This document shows, piece after piece, positions 1 to 9,681 of a stretch of 64,000 nucleotides of DNA. Within the stretch, counting starts at the first letter, position 1. Every line of letters begins with the position of its first letter. The position numbers and the translations under genes are program-made. The DNA lies in IMG/VR virus record IMGVR_UViG_3300046507_000667, positions 185,348 through 249,347 of that record; one strand, 5' to 3'. The notes below the pieces were generated by a model. The model was given only the letters and a program-made list of their open reading frames with translations. It had not been told where the DNA came from and did not search any database.

Positions 1-230
1 CCATCGGAGTCTGCATCGGCAAGGATGATGATTTTGTTGAACTTGAGCTTTTCAAGATTAAAGCTACTACCAGTATCACACTTAAGGATAGTAACAATAT
101 CGTCAATTTCATCATTATTTCGCGCTTTATGCGGTTCAAGTCCGAAGACATTTTTCGGCTTTCCTTTCAGTTTATATACTGCCTGAAAACGCTTATCACG
201 AGCATCCTTTACTGTACCGCCAGCCGAATC
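1..230 (-). CDS. gyrB: Type IIA topoisomerase (gyrase B/ParE-like) exon 2, TOPRIM part; runs off the window
   Basis: Minus strand from 230 reads DSAGGTVKDARDKRFQAVYKLKGKPKNV...KIIILADADSDG, which continues the EG-DSA TOPRIM motif of exon 1 and contains the DxDxDG motif. Confidence 0.93.
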
Positions 231-1280
231 CATATGTTAACCCTAGTATCGTTATTACTAAAGTATGTATGATTTAAATTTCTAAATCAATAATATCCCG
301 CTCATATAATTGCTTAATGATAAAAGCAGATGTCATCATTCCATGTAGAGAAGGAACTCGAATTACTTCAATTCCATGCTCTTTGCAAAGTTTAAACTTA
401 GTTTTGTCTCTATTCATTGTCTTTGGAAATTCAGCTTCTCTTCCTTGCTTGGAAATATAATGCTGTTCACCATCACATTCAATAGCTAAGTTGTACTCTG
501 GTAGGAAGAAATCAATCCTAAGACCAAATTCTAGCTTAAGCCAGTCAAAAGTCTTTTCTTCTTCATATACAATTTCAACTTCATCCAGTACTTCTTTAAC
601 TGCAATTGAAGTCTTTGATTTAGTTTGATTACATGGACACCTAGTACCATTATGAAATAAATCAGGACGAGTTTTCCAATCCTTTCCACAGGTCTTATGT
701 CTAAGTAATACATGAGTTTTGTTATTCACATAGCTACTAATTAAAGTATATTCATTTCCTGTCAAATCTTTTAGCTTTTGACTAAATTCTTCAGCAGTAT
801 AACTCCATGATCTATGTGTAGCACACTTGGGACAATTATTCGGTTTTGGTTTAAGAAAATCATAAGGAGACGTGGTTCCCCACTCATGCCCACACTTATT
901 GTGTTTGAGCATAATAGGATCATGATTCCGAATATACTGTCCTAGAACTGTATACTCTTTACCATATCGATCGCTAACTCGTTTACAAAATTCATCATGT
1001 GTAAGTTGTTTTGGCATTACAATTCTCAGTAGTAGAAACTAAGAATCTGTTACACAATCACCCTCTACCGATACATATCTCATGCTTTCACATGAGTTCA
1101 GATCATATCTTCATACTTAGTTTCAAGTATGTCTCCCGTTTCCCCTGCACTTGCAGAGTACGCCTTATGGCTGATCGTTGAACGTTCCTTTTTCAAGGCT
1201 TCGCTGCTGATTGTCCTCATCTTTACATGTTAGGAGTTTCCAGCAATTAGAGAGATTTAATGAGAGCAACTCGGCAGTTT
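231..1280 (-). mobile_element. Group I self-splicing intron in gyrB
   Basis: 5' exon ends in U (GAGGGU) and the intron ends in G; P1 (GAGGGU/GCUCUC) and P10 (GCCGAGUU/GAUUCGGC) both pair; core elements AAUUGCUGGAAAC, AAUCAGCAG, GUUCAACGAUCA and GAAGAUAUGAUCUG are present; splicing restores LVEG-DSAGG. Confidence 0.93.
274..1017 (-). CDS. Intron-encoded homing endonuclease (Vsr/EDxHD-like nuclease with two Cys-containing N-terminal repeats)
   Basis: Two repeats (HNKCGHEW..CPKC, HKTCGKDW..CP) and C-terminal RIDFFLPEYNLAIECDGEQH; lies entirely inside the intron. Confidence 0.8.
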   Translation of the reverse strand: MPKQLTHDEFCKRVSDRYGKEYTVLGQYIRNHDPIMLKHNKCGHEWGTTSPYDFLKPKPNNCPKCATHRSWSYTAEEFSQKLKDLTGNEYTLISSYVNNKTHVLLRHKTCGKDWKTRPDLFHNGTRCPCNQTKSKTSIAVKEVLDEVEIVYEEEKTFDWLKLEFGLRIDFFLPEYNLAIECDGEQHYISKQGREAEFPKTMNRDKTKFKLCKEHGIEVIRVPSLHGMMTSAFIIKQLYERDIIDLEI

Positions 1281-2618
1281 ACCCTCAACGAGATATAGCT
1301 CTGTACGTACACCGTCTTTTTCTTGACAATCTACGAACTTTGAGATATTGGAAAGTGACGTTACAAATGAACCACTTTCTTTCTTCACATTCTCAAGAGC
1401 ACGTTTCTGTGCTAGACGAGACTTAGCTGAAAGAGCAAACTTAGTCGCAAGGATTTTCATTTCCTTTGGACTATTATTCATCCACTCATCTAGCTTTGCA
1501 TTTGTATACGACAATACATGGCCCGCTACATCAGTATTGACAAGCTTCTGTTTAGTCTGTGATGAATATTTCGGATTGAATACGAATACTGATACTACTG
1601 CTTCAAGACCAACGAATACATCTTCATTGTCAATCTTTTCTTTCGTAAGATTCTTTTCACGAACGAATGCAGTTACTTTCTGACTCAATGACCGTTTGAA
1701 ACCAGTCACATGAGTACCACCTTCAGTAGTCTTAATAGTATTGGTAAATGACGTAATATTGTCACTTGCAAAACTATCATTCCAAGTTAAAGCAATTTCA
1801 ATCTTAGTATCATTAATAACTTCTGAGGCAAGAGATACAGGAGCAATGATACCTTTCTTACCTACTGCTTCGGCTAGGAAGTCAGCTACACCTTCCTTGA
1901 AGTTATGAATAATCGGCTTTTCTTGATGACAGCTATGATATTCAACTGTCAAGCCAGAATTAAGTTGTGCAACTTCACGGAGGAATTTGACAATTTCTTC
2001 TTCAATAGGTAAAGTACCTTCCTCAAAGAATTGAGGATTGAATTGGAAGTTGACACGAGTTGAAGACTTCTTATAACGCTTATCAGCTGGTAAAGTAACA
2101 TTTTTCGATACCTTTACCTTCTGCTCATAACCATTATTGAAGGTAATTTCACCCTTATCAGTTCCTCGTTGTGCTTCTACATAAAAGATTGCTGAAAGAG
2201 CATTAACACATGACGCACCAACACCATTTAGACCAGTAGAATATACTGTCTTCTTTTCAAAGTTACGACCAGCATGGAGCTTGCCAAAAATCTTTGATAG
2301 GGTATTGGAACCATCATCTTGCTTATCAAATGGAACACCTCGGCCATTATCATAGACAGAGAAGCTATAGTCATCATGCCGTGTAACAATGATAGCCGTT
2401 GCAAAACCTGCAAGAAATTCATCAACTGAGTTATTGATGATTTCTCGAATAGCTGTCAAATAACCTGCAGAGTCATTTGGACCAATATACATCTGTGGAC
2501 GTACTTGGACACATTCCGGAAATGGAAGTTCTTTAATGTCCTTACCAGTATAGTCATTTGCTACTTTAGTAGCTGCTGCAGCAATAGCCGTTTTTTCTAC
2601 AGACTTAGTACGAGCCAT
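1281..2618 (-). CDS. gyrB: Type IIA topoisomerase (gyrase B/ParE-like) exon 1, GHKL ATPase and transducer domains
   Basis: VRPQMYIG, EIINNSVDE, DNGRGVP, GLNGVGASCVNALS, EGGTHVTGF, ELYLVEG; the KLPSCSH tail in the ORF track is intron sequence. Confidence 0.95.
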
Positions 2619-2770
2619 GAATTTCTACCTTTCAAATATTTATTTTAGCGAATCTGAAGTATAACTACCAAAATAATTAGGACTATAACAATCAGTTCTC
2701 TTTTGCGTTCACGGAGAGTTGTTAGTACCTTTTTGTTACCTTTTTGTGGCATCTTGAACCTATCCTATAT

Positions 2771-3181
2771 TTACTTACCATAGTAAATGTACTTCGGATT
2801 TACTATGAGGGATTCACGAGACATTTTTAGATGATATCCATTGACATATGATCCATCACCACTATAATTATGATCTGGGTAGATAGCTTTTTGAATTAGC
2901 CATTTACGAATAAAATCTGCTAATTCTCCACAATCATCAATAGGGAAAGGAAGCTCTAGAATACTTTTATTATGATGACTTAATTTGTATGGAGCTAAAT
3001 AAAGTAAATGATCTTTATTAGAAATTTCATCAGTACCGAATGAATATACAGTAAGTTTTTGTACTGTATGAAGTACAATGGCACAAGCACTTTCTAAAAC
3101 TTGAAAGTTATCTCCTTGAATATCAAGGATAGTCTGACCACCACTGCTATTCCAACTAAATTCTTTCTTATTCTTAATCAT
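2771..3181 (-). CDS. Hypothetical protein
   Basis: 136-aa ORF co-oriented and tightly packed with neighbours. Confidence 0.7.
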   Translation of the reverse strand: MIKNKKEFSWNSSGGQTILDIQGDNFQVLESACAIVLHTVQKLTVYSFGTDEISNKDHLLYLAPYKLSHHNKSILELPFPIDDCGELADFIRKWLIQKAIYPDHNYSGDGSYVNGYHLKMSRESLIVNPKYIYYGK

Positions 3182-3184
3182 TTA

Positions 3185-3673
3185 TTATTCCAAAGTATCT
3201 GAATTACTATTATCACCAAGCAACTTATTAATATTTACAAGATCTAGAATCTTCTTATAAGTTGTCTTAGCCATATATACTGCACATACTGCATCATCTT
3301 CAACAATACATGGCTCATCTTCCGGTACACAGAAAAATGCAAAGAAAGCCTTAACTCCACTACAGCTTGTAATTTCATTTGCTGGAATGAAACATGACTT
3401 CATCCATGATTGCCAATTGGTACACTCACAATTAGTAGGAACACCTGCAACCATGATTACATCATCCCAACTATTTACTTTAAGATGCTCTAAGGCATCT
3501 TTACAAATCAATGGTTCAGGTTCAACCAAGGCATCTTCTTGGTTTAGTCTAAAATATGGATATGGCGTATCAGTATCATCATTTGCAGGTCTAGCATAAA
3601 ATTCATCAGGGCCATCAGCACCAATGAACTCTTTTTCCTCATCAAGATTGTATTGCTTACCATAGATAGACAT
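3185..3673 (-). CDS. Hypothetical protein (acidic, Cys-containing)
   Basis: 162-aa ORF downstream of an ATATATTAT motif, GGAG Shine-Dalgarno. Confidence 0.75.
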   Translation of the reverse strand: MSIYGKQYNLDEEKEFIGADGPDEFYARPANDDTDTPYPYFRLNQEDALVEPEPLICKDALEHLKVNSWDDVIMVAGVPTNCECTNWQSWMKSCFIPANEITSCSGVKAFFAFFCVPEDEPCIVEDDAVCAVYMAKTTYKKILDLVNINKLLGDNSNSDTLE

Positions 3674-3735
3674 TCAAAACTCCTAGATTTATTCAAATAT
3701 ATAATATATTTACAAAAAAGAAGTTAGATTTAGCT

Positions 3736-3769
3736 AATCCCCTATACCTTTTTACGGGTATAGGGGATT
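3736..3769. terminator. CCCTATAC-family hairpin terminator
   Basis: AATCCCCTATACC...GGTATAGGGGATT. Confidence 0.8.
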
Positions 3770-3774
3770 TACTA

Positions 3775-5268
3775 TCAGATTACAAGTCCTCGACCATATG
3801 GACAATTCTGGATATTTCGTTCAAACCTCTCAGGTACCAACCAGAAGATATTCTGATTAGTCTTCTCTGGAAAGTCTGCTTCCATATCAGTCACTGCCAA
3901 TACTGGAAAACGATTACGAATCTTGTCAAGGTGTTCTAGCCATGATACAAAGCTAGTACCACCACCACCCTTAGTAGCTTTTTGGAGCTTTTCTACTGTG
4001 ATAGAATTCGTAATATCGAAGACTTCATAATGAGCAATTGCAGTATCAACTGCATAGTAATGAATACGATATGAATTGAACGATGCGACAATGCTCAATA
4101 CTTCTCGTACCGTCTCATGCAATTCTTCAAATCGACTACCTGAAGTATCGCACATGAATACGATCTCAATCGTATTAGACTTCATACTCTCAATGTAGAT
4201 TCCATGTGGTAAATAACGACGGTTTGGACGACGCGTTGCTTCTCGCTTGAACTCATTGATGATTGCTTGCTGAAGAATTTGAGTATAACGAACTCGGGAA
4301 TTACGTTTATCGTATTCTTTGACAATAAGCTCGGCACCACCGGAAAGTTTCTCTCCAGACATACGAGCATTCATCACTGCTTTACGAATCACATTATCCC
4401 ATTTACGCATTGCCTCTTTGAACTTTTCAGAGCTACCATTAAACATGTGCTCATGATTATCAAAGCTATCATCATCGCCGAAAGAATCTGAATCAGAATC
4501 TTCTTCACCGGGAGGTTTTTCTTTGATAAGTTCAGCGTAAACTTCTTCAGCCGACATTCCCCTGAATTTTTCATCAAGGCAACAGTCTTCTACAAGCTGA
4601 ATCAAATTCGATTTAGCTCGTGCATCATCTTTGAGAGAGATATTGATTGGATGATCAAGTGCAATATTGATCTTCCGAAAGCCTTTCTTGATTTTCCAAG
4701 TAAGCTTTCCAACTTCTTTTTCATCAATATCATCTTTCTTCAAGAGATCTTCTAGTTCTTTCTTTAGTTCTCGGAAAGCTTTAAAGATCGGACTAGTATT
4801 GACTCGTGCCATATGAAGCAGGGCACAATGTAATACTTCATGAAGATAGACAAAGATACGGTTAGGGGTTGAGATATTGGAGAAGAAATGCTCGTTCCAA
4901 ATGATATTTGTAAAGTCGGTAGCTGCTCGCATTCCCAAATATACTTCAACGATTTCTCCTGTATCTTGATTGTAAACTACATTGAAAGACCGAGTCTTTT
5001 CAAACTTAGTCTTCAATGCATCAAGCAAGATAGAATAAAATCGAAAATTGACTGTGATGATCAATTTGATTTTACTAATCAACTTATCCATTTCATCTTT
5101 AGATAAGAGGACAGGATACTTCTTTTCAAAAGCCTTAAATTCCTCTTCGAAATCTTTACGAAAGACTTCAGCATAAGGAATTTCTACAGATGCATAGGTA
5201 GGCTCTTTCTTCTCTTCTTTTACTTCATCTTGTACTTCTTCTTGTTCAACAACGTTGTCAAGATTCAT
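3775..5268 (-). CDS. Putative metallopeptidase plus VWA-like domain protein (DUF2201-like)
   Basis: HEVLH zincin motif, acidic linker, RRPNRR, MIDAS-like DTSGS and GGGGTSF; adjacent to a MoxR-type AAA gene. Confidence 0.85.
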   Translation of the reverse strand: MNLDNVVEQEEVQDEVKEEKKEPTYASVEIPYAEVFRKDFEEEFKAFEKKYPVLLSKDEMDKLISKIKLIITVNFRFYSILLDALKTKFEKTRSFNVVYNQDTGEIVEVYLGMRAATDFTNIIWNEHFFSNISTPNRIFVYLHEVLHCALLHMARVNTSPIFKAFRELKKELEDLLKKDDIDEKEVGKLTWKIKKGFRKINIALDHPINISLKDDARAKSNLIQLVEDCCLDEKFRGMSAEEVYAELIKEKPPGEEDSDSDSFGDDDSFDNHEHMFNGSSEKFKEAMRKWDNVIRKAVMNARMSGEKLSGGAELIVKEYDKRNSRVRYTQILQQAIINEFKREATRRPNRRYLPHGIYIESMKSNTIEIVFMCDTSGSRFEELHETVREVLSIVASFNSYRIHYYAVDTAIAHYEVFDITNSITVEKLQKATKGGGGTSFVSWLEHLDKIRNRFPVLAVTDMEADFPEKTNQNIFWLVPERFERNIQNCPYGRGLVI

Positions 5269-5270
5269 TT

Positions 5271-6524
5271 TTAGATGGTAATTTCTTGTGCAGTAGTCTT
5301 GATCAAAGAGCAGAATTGCTGACCAAGTTCACTATTACGGATTTCTGGAGTACCAACAATTAGACCAGACAGTTTCGATCCTGTACCTTGATTTACATTC
5401 ATCCAGAATGCAATCTGGAATTCTACTGAACTAAATTGAGCAGTAAATAGAATATCAAGGAACTTCTTAAGAATCACTGTCGGAGTCTTAGTTGTGGTTA
5501 GATGAGCCTTAATACGTGATCCAAGAATATAACTGAATGCATAAACCTTTGTCGAATCTGTAAGATCAAAGTCATGACGATCATCCTTTGAATCATCAAA
5601 GATATTGTCGAGAGTCGGAAGCACATCAAGCAGACTATCAAGCATAGCAATGAATTGATGACCAACGGCATTACCAATAGCTGATGTGACAGTGATTTCA
5701 AGCATACGACGATCATAATCAGCTTGCTTGGAACCAAGATTGCGGTTTGCACCAAACTGAGTTACATCAATATCACCTTCCGTATGATATGGGAAGTTCT
5801 TGCTGATATAAACTTGAGGATCAAGCTTATACAGTTTTGTCATAATATTGAAGAACTTCATATCCCACAACATATCACTCAATGCTGTCCATGTACGACT
5901 GGAAGGAAATGCCACACCTTCATGATTACCATTAAGCAGGTCTTGATAGTTTTCCAAGAATGCTAGAAGTAGCGGATGAATGCCATAGTTATTAGCAAAC
6001 AACAACTTCCAGTGATCCAAATCCATAACCAATTCAGCATGAATCATCCGATTGGTAAGAGGACGTGGCATTGGGAAAGTCATACCGCCAGCTTCATCAG
6101 TATTACCTGCAAGAATGATGATAGTATTTTTGGGAAGAACATACTCATCAATCTTATGGTCAAGAACTAGCTGATATGCCGCCTTCTGTACTGATGGTTC
6201 AGCAAGATTTGCCTCATCAAGAAAGATAAGATAAGTTTCTTCTGAATCTGAAGGAGGCAGGAACTGAGGAGGGAATGTCTCAGTACGACCAGTCTTTTCA
6301 TTAGGGAATGTCAGACCACGAAGATCAATATTATCTTTAGTAGTTAGACGAATGTCAAGTACATTGCTACGCTTAACATTAAGACGATCGGCTAGCTCAC
6401 CAGCAATGATAGCACTCTTACCAACGCCAGCCAAGCCCCAAATCATTACAGCTTTGCCATACTTTGCTGCAAGTTCAATCAGGTCAATCATTTCAATGGG
6501 GTTGACTTTGACGATAGACGACAT
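5271..6524 (-). CDS. MoxR-like AAA+ ATPase
   Basis: Walker A GLAGVGKS, IDLRGL, Walker B IFLDEANLA, LAGN, PLTNRMIH, FPSSRTW. Confidence 0.9.
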   Translation of the reverse strand: MSSIVKVNPIEMIDLIELAAKYGKAVMIWGLAGVGKSAIIAGELADRLNVKRSNVLDIRLTTKDNIDLRGLTFPNEKTGRTETFPPQFLPPSDSEETYLIFLDEANLAEPSVQKAAYQLVLDHKIDEYVLPKNTIIILAGNTDEAGGMTFPMPRPLTNRMIHAELVMDLDHWKLLFANNYGIHPLLLAFLENYQDLLNGNHEGVAFPSSRTWTALSDMLWDMKFFNIMTKLYKLDPQVYISKNFPYHTEGDIDVTQFGANRNLGSKQADYDRRMLEITVTSAIGNAVGHQFIAMLDSLLDVLPTLDNIFDDSKDDRHDFDLTDSTKVYAFSYILGSRIKAHLTTTKTPTVILKKFLDILFTAQFSSVEFQIAFWMNVNQGTGSKLSGLIVGTPEIRNSELGQQFCSLIKTTAQEITI

Positions 6525-6571
6525 TTGTATTACCTTTTATGTAATTAGAAAGGAAAAATAAAAATTGATTC

Positions 6572-6811
6572 TTAATAGATTACTGGATTCAAATGACCAC
6601 TAAGTGATCCAGTTTTCTCAATAGACTCTGCAAATACTGAAAGATCATCGATATACCGGCCATCATAATTTGTGGCAGCAATACCATCTTCAGACCGAGC
6701 ATAAACTTGGAAGATCTCACCTTTCTTATAGACACCATCGTCTTTTTGAAAACGTACTTTTTCACCGATAATGATTGTATTAAGGTCAGCAAGTTTCACA
6801 GCATACTCCAA
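6572..6811 (-). CDS. Hypothetical protein
   Basis: 79-aa ORF after an ATATATTAT motif, upstream of the AAA gene. Confidence 0.65.
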   Translation of the reverse strand: MEYAVKLADLNTIIIGEKVRFQKDDGVYKKGEIFQVYARSEDGIAATNYDGRYIDDLSVFAESIEKTGSLSGHLNPVIY

Positions 6812-6903
6812 TTTATTGAAATTAGGATATTATACAAAAACTATACTAAATATTTCATTAAAATAATATATTCATAATTTAGTTTTTATATTTTCTCATG
6901 CCA

Positions 6904-6915
6904 AACAATTACTTA
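6904..6915 (+). promoter_or_regulatory. Late-type promoter AACA-N6-TA
   Basis: AACA ATTACT TA upstream of the lysis cluster; fits the AR9 nvRNAP consensus AACA-N6-TR. Confidence 0.5.
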
Positions 6916-6975
6916 GTAGTCCTTCACCCAAAAGGTGTTGGAGCAGTTTAATAAGCAATAACATCGGGGCTAGAA

Positions 6976-7299
6976 ATGGATTTGTCCTTGGGTAGAATCT
7001 TAGATGAACTCGTCAATGGTGGACATTCTGCCATTTTGTCGATCGTATTATTAATTGCCGTTATTCTTGGTAATGAAGTTCGTATTTTACGAAAGGAAAG
7101 ATCTTCCCTTTTAGAGCAACAGCTCGCCGATAAAGAAAGACATTTCAAGGCTCTTGATGATTTGAAACAGAGTACCATTGTAAGAAATGAAGAAATGTTG
7201 ACGAAATATCAGGAAGCTTTAAGTAACTCTAATAGAAATTCGGAAAAGGTAAAAGAGATGCTTTCTAACTTAATCATGTTTTTAACGTTGAAGAAATAA
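6976..7299 (+). CDS. Single-TM coiled-coil membrane protein, holin-like
   Basis: Hydrophobic AILSIVLLIAVILG followed by a charged coiled coil; first gene of the lysis-type cluster. Confidence 0.55.
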   Translation: MDLSLGRILDELVNGGHSAILSIVLLIAVILGNEVRILRKERSSLLEQQLADKERHFKALDDLKQSTIVRNEEMLTKYQEALSNSNRNSEKVKEMLSNLIMFLTLKK

Positions 7300-7311
7300 G
7301 GATACCAATGT

Positions 7312-8337
7312 ATGAAATTACCAGACACGGTGTCCAAGGTCTTTGACTTAGTTCAAAGTTTTAAAAATAGGAATAAGAAAAAAATCGAGCCTATTGATTA
7401 TGATGCTTATATGGCAGACTTTCAACGGGAATTAGCAGCATCAGAGAGAAAAGTAGCTGAAAAGCTAGGAACTCAAAAGATATTGCAAGAATTCCATTCA
7501 GTCCATAAGCAAATTGACAATTTGGTTGAATATTTAGGGGAGTGTCTTGTTAATGTTGTAGACACTGAAAATATTCAGAGTGATGATGCCGCAGCAATGA
7601 ATATGCTGAATATTCTAAACTCATCGACCGACTCTATTATAGTTTGTGGCGTAAGTGGTACTATCATTTACGCTAATGCATTAGCTGAACGTCTTCTTCA
7701 AATGTCAGTATCAGAACTTCGTGGTTCTAAAATTACTGAACTATTTCCAGAACGACATGAAGATACATGCAACAGGCTAACCAACCGCCTAGCTGACATT
7801 TCTAAGCAGTTAACGACCAAATCCTTAGATATGTCTGACCAGAATGGTCGCCAAGTTACAATCGTCAACAAAGAAGGAATTGAAATTCCTGTATCAATTA
7901 AGGCATCTACAAACCGACTAAATGGTCAATCAGTTATTTGCTATGCAATTAATCAGATTCCAGTAGTTACCTCTATTATGAGGTCAGAAGCTAGATCTAT
8001 TGAGCAGATTATTAATTCAACTCCAACCAAAGATGGTCTTATTCTTATTAAAGAAGGTAAGATTGTTGGCATGAATGAAACACTACACACCAAACTCTGT
8101 AAAGATATTATGCTAGAGCAATTACGTTCTATGCATGTATTTTATTTATTTCCAAAGAATATTATCAAGGAAATAATGAAGGAGTTTAAGAACCGTTCAT
8201 TAAACACAGTAGTTGCTATTACGGCGGCTAAGGGTAAAATGAATGTAGTCTTGGATGAATACATGCTCAATGGTGATTATGTAAGACAAGTTAAGATTCT
8301 TAACTTAGTTGAACAAGATATTGATTTTGCTATTTAA
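7312..8337 (+). CDS. PAS-domain protein without a recognisable output domain
   Basis: ILNSSTDSIIVCGVSGTIIYANALAERLLQMSVSELRGSKITELFP is a typical PAS N-terminal signature; a second degenerate PAS starts at IINSTPTKDGLILIKEGKIVGMN. Confidence 0.75.
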   Translation: MKLPDTVSKVFDLVQSFKNRNKKKIEPIDYDAYMADFQRELAASERKVAEKLGTQKILQEFHSVHKQIDNLVEYLGECLVNVVDTENIQSDDAAAMNMLNILNSSTDSIIVCGVSGTIIYANALAERLLQMSVSELRGSKITELFPERHEDTCNRLTNRLADISKQLTTKSLDMSDQNGRQVTIVNKEGIEIPVSIKASTNRLNGQSVICYAINQIPVVTSIMRSEARSIEQIINSTPTKDGLILIKEGKIVGMNETLHTKLCKDIMLEQLRSMHVFYLFPKNIIKEIMKEFKNRSLNTVVAITAAKGKMNVVLDEYMLNGDYVRQVKILNLVEQDIDFAI

Positions 8338-8381
8338 TTAGCCCGCGCCGTAGTAACTAACTTCTCGTAAGGAAATCAAAA

Positions 8382-8753
8382 ATGGAAGATAATACAGGCT
8401 CAGTAGAAGTCGTTGAATCAAAGAGATCTTTTCTCGAAACACTTAAATCACAATTCCGTCTACCAGAGATTCAAATTAATTGGTGGAAAGAATTGATTTT
8501 TGCAGTTCCAGTAATCGCTCTAGTATGGGTTGCTCTCCATAATGATGCACCAGCATTTGCCGGTCTTCTAAATGGTGTAGCAGTTTCAGTAGGAAGCTTT
8601 TGGGTTGCTCATGTTGTTCGTAAGCTATTCATTCCTGAGTTTTCTATTACTCGCCTATATCTTAAAGCTGCTGAAGATCCACTCGCATCTGCTGTAACAC
8701 TCTTTGGTATCTTTTATATTACAGGTATCATTGTAGCTGCTGTACACCAGTAA
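8382..8753 (+). CDS. Multi-TM membrane protein, putative holin
   Basis: Three hydrophobic segments; immediately upstream of the transglycosylase. Confidence 0.6.
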   Translation: MEDNTGSVEVVESKRSFLETLKSQFRLPEIQINWWKELIFAVPVIALVWVALHNDAPAFAGLLNGVAVSVGSFWVAHVVRKLFIPEFSITRLYLKAAEDPLASAVTLFGIFYITGIIVAAVHQ

Positions 8754-8762
8754 TTTAGTATT

Positions 8763-8793
8763 CCCCTATACTCCTTAAAAGGGTGTATAGGGG
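8763..8793. terminator. CCCTATAC-family hairpin terminator
   Basis: CCCCTATAC...GTATAGGGG after the holin-like gene. Confidence 0.8.
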
Positions 8794-8822
8794 TTTACAA
8801 CTTATTGTAAAAAACTTCAGGA

Positions 8823-8834
8823 AACACTGGAGTA
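8823..8834 (+). promoter_or_regulatory. Late-type promoter AACA-N6-TA
   Basis: AACA CTGGAG TA between a terminator and the endolysin gene. Confidence 0.5.
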
Positions 8835-8893
8835 ATGAGGGTTGACGGGGACAAACAAGTTCAAGTTAAATTTTTATGTAAGAGGTATTTAAG

Positions 8894-9676
8894 ATGAAAA
8901 AGAAATTAGTAGTACTAGCATTTATTGGGGCTGCTATTTCTGTTTTCGCTCCTAAGTCAAAAGCATATGATGTCATTAAAGACACAGCTTTTCAAAGGAA
9001 TTTTCCAGTATTTAAGCAAGCTTTAAGTAAAGATTGGCCCGACCAAAAGAAGGCAGCTGCATATTTTGCAGGTCAAGCTGAACAGGAATCTTGTGCTTCA
9101 CAAAGCAAATGTTGGAATGAGAAGACAGAAGCTTTTAGCTATGAAGCCATGAAATCAGGCAAAGCTAGAGAATATGGTTTCGGGATCTCACAGATTACCA
9201 TCACCAAATCCTTTGATAATTTCACTGCTCTAAAGAAAGCTAATTCAAACCTAAATGGTTGGACTTTTGATAAGCGTTTTGATGCTGGTTATCAGTTCAT
9301 TGCGATGTTTACCTTAGATCGTCAATGTTACAACCAAGTAAAATTTGCAACTACAGATTATGATCGCTATGCTTTCATGTTCTCTTGTTACAATGGTGGT
9401 TATGGTGGTATCCTTAAAGATCGTGCAGTATGCCGTGCTACCAAAGGTTGTGATCAAGACAAATGGTGGGGACATGTAGAGAAGACTTCTACAAAGTCTA
9501 AAGTACCATCAAAGATCTATGGCGGTCAAAGCATGTTCGATATTAATCGTGCATATCCAAAAAATATCATGCAATTAAGATCGAAGAAGTATGAGCCATT
9601 ACTTCAAGACTATATCAATCCAGAAAAGCCTTCTGGAGCAGCAACTAAGATTGCTTCTACAACAAAAGCAGCATAA
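8894..9676 (+). CDS. Lytic transglycosylase (SLT-like) endolysin with N-terminal signal/SAR sequence
   Basis: MKKKLVVLAFIGAAISVFA signal; catalytic QES, REYGFGISQIT, YNGG, DRAVC..GCD..WWGHVE, INRAYPKNI. Confidence 0.8.
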   Translation: MKKKLVVLAFIGAAISVFAPKSKAYDVIKDTAFQRNFPVFKQALSKDWPDQKKAAAYFAGQAEQESCASQSKCWNEKTEAFSYEAMKSGKAREYGFGISQITITKSFDNFTALKKANSNLNGWTFDKRFDAGYQFIAMFTLDRQCYNQVKFATTDYDRYAFMFSCYNGGYGGILKDRAVCRATKGCDQDKWWGHVEKTSTKSKVPSKIYGGQSMFDINRAYPKNIMQLRSKKYEPLLQDYINPEKPSGAATKIASTTKAA

Positions 9677-9681
9677 TTAAA

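Noticed and set aside
1257-1280. gyrB as a truncated gene or pseudogene ending KLPSCSH
   Set aside because: These codons are the intron 5' end (P1/P10 guide); splicing restores the frame
1211-1683. Plus-strand ORFs 1211..1426 and 1348..1683, representative of many short nested ORFs in the track
   Set aside because: They lie antisense to or inside well-supported genes and carry no motifs or RBS
8835-8897. Short upstream ORF or riboswitch before the endolysin
   Set aside because: The 20-codon frame starts right at the predicted TSS, is out of frame with the endolysin and matches no riboswitch core I recognise
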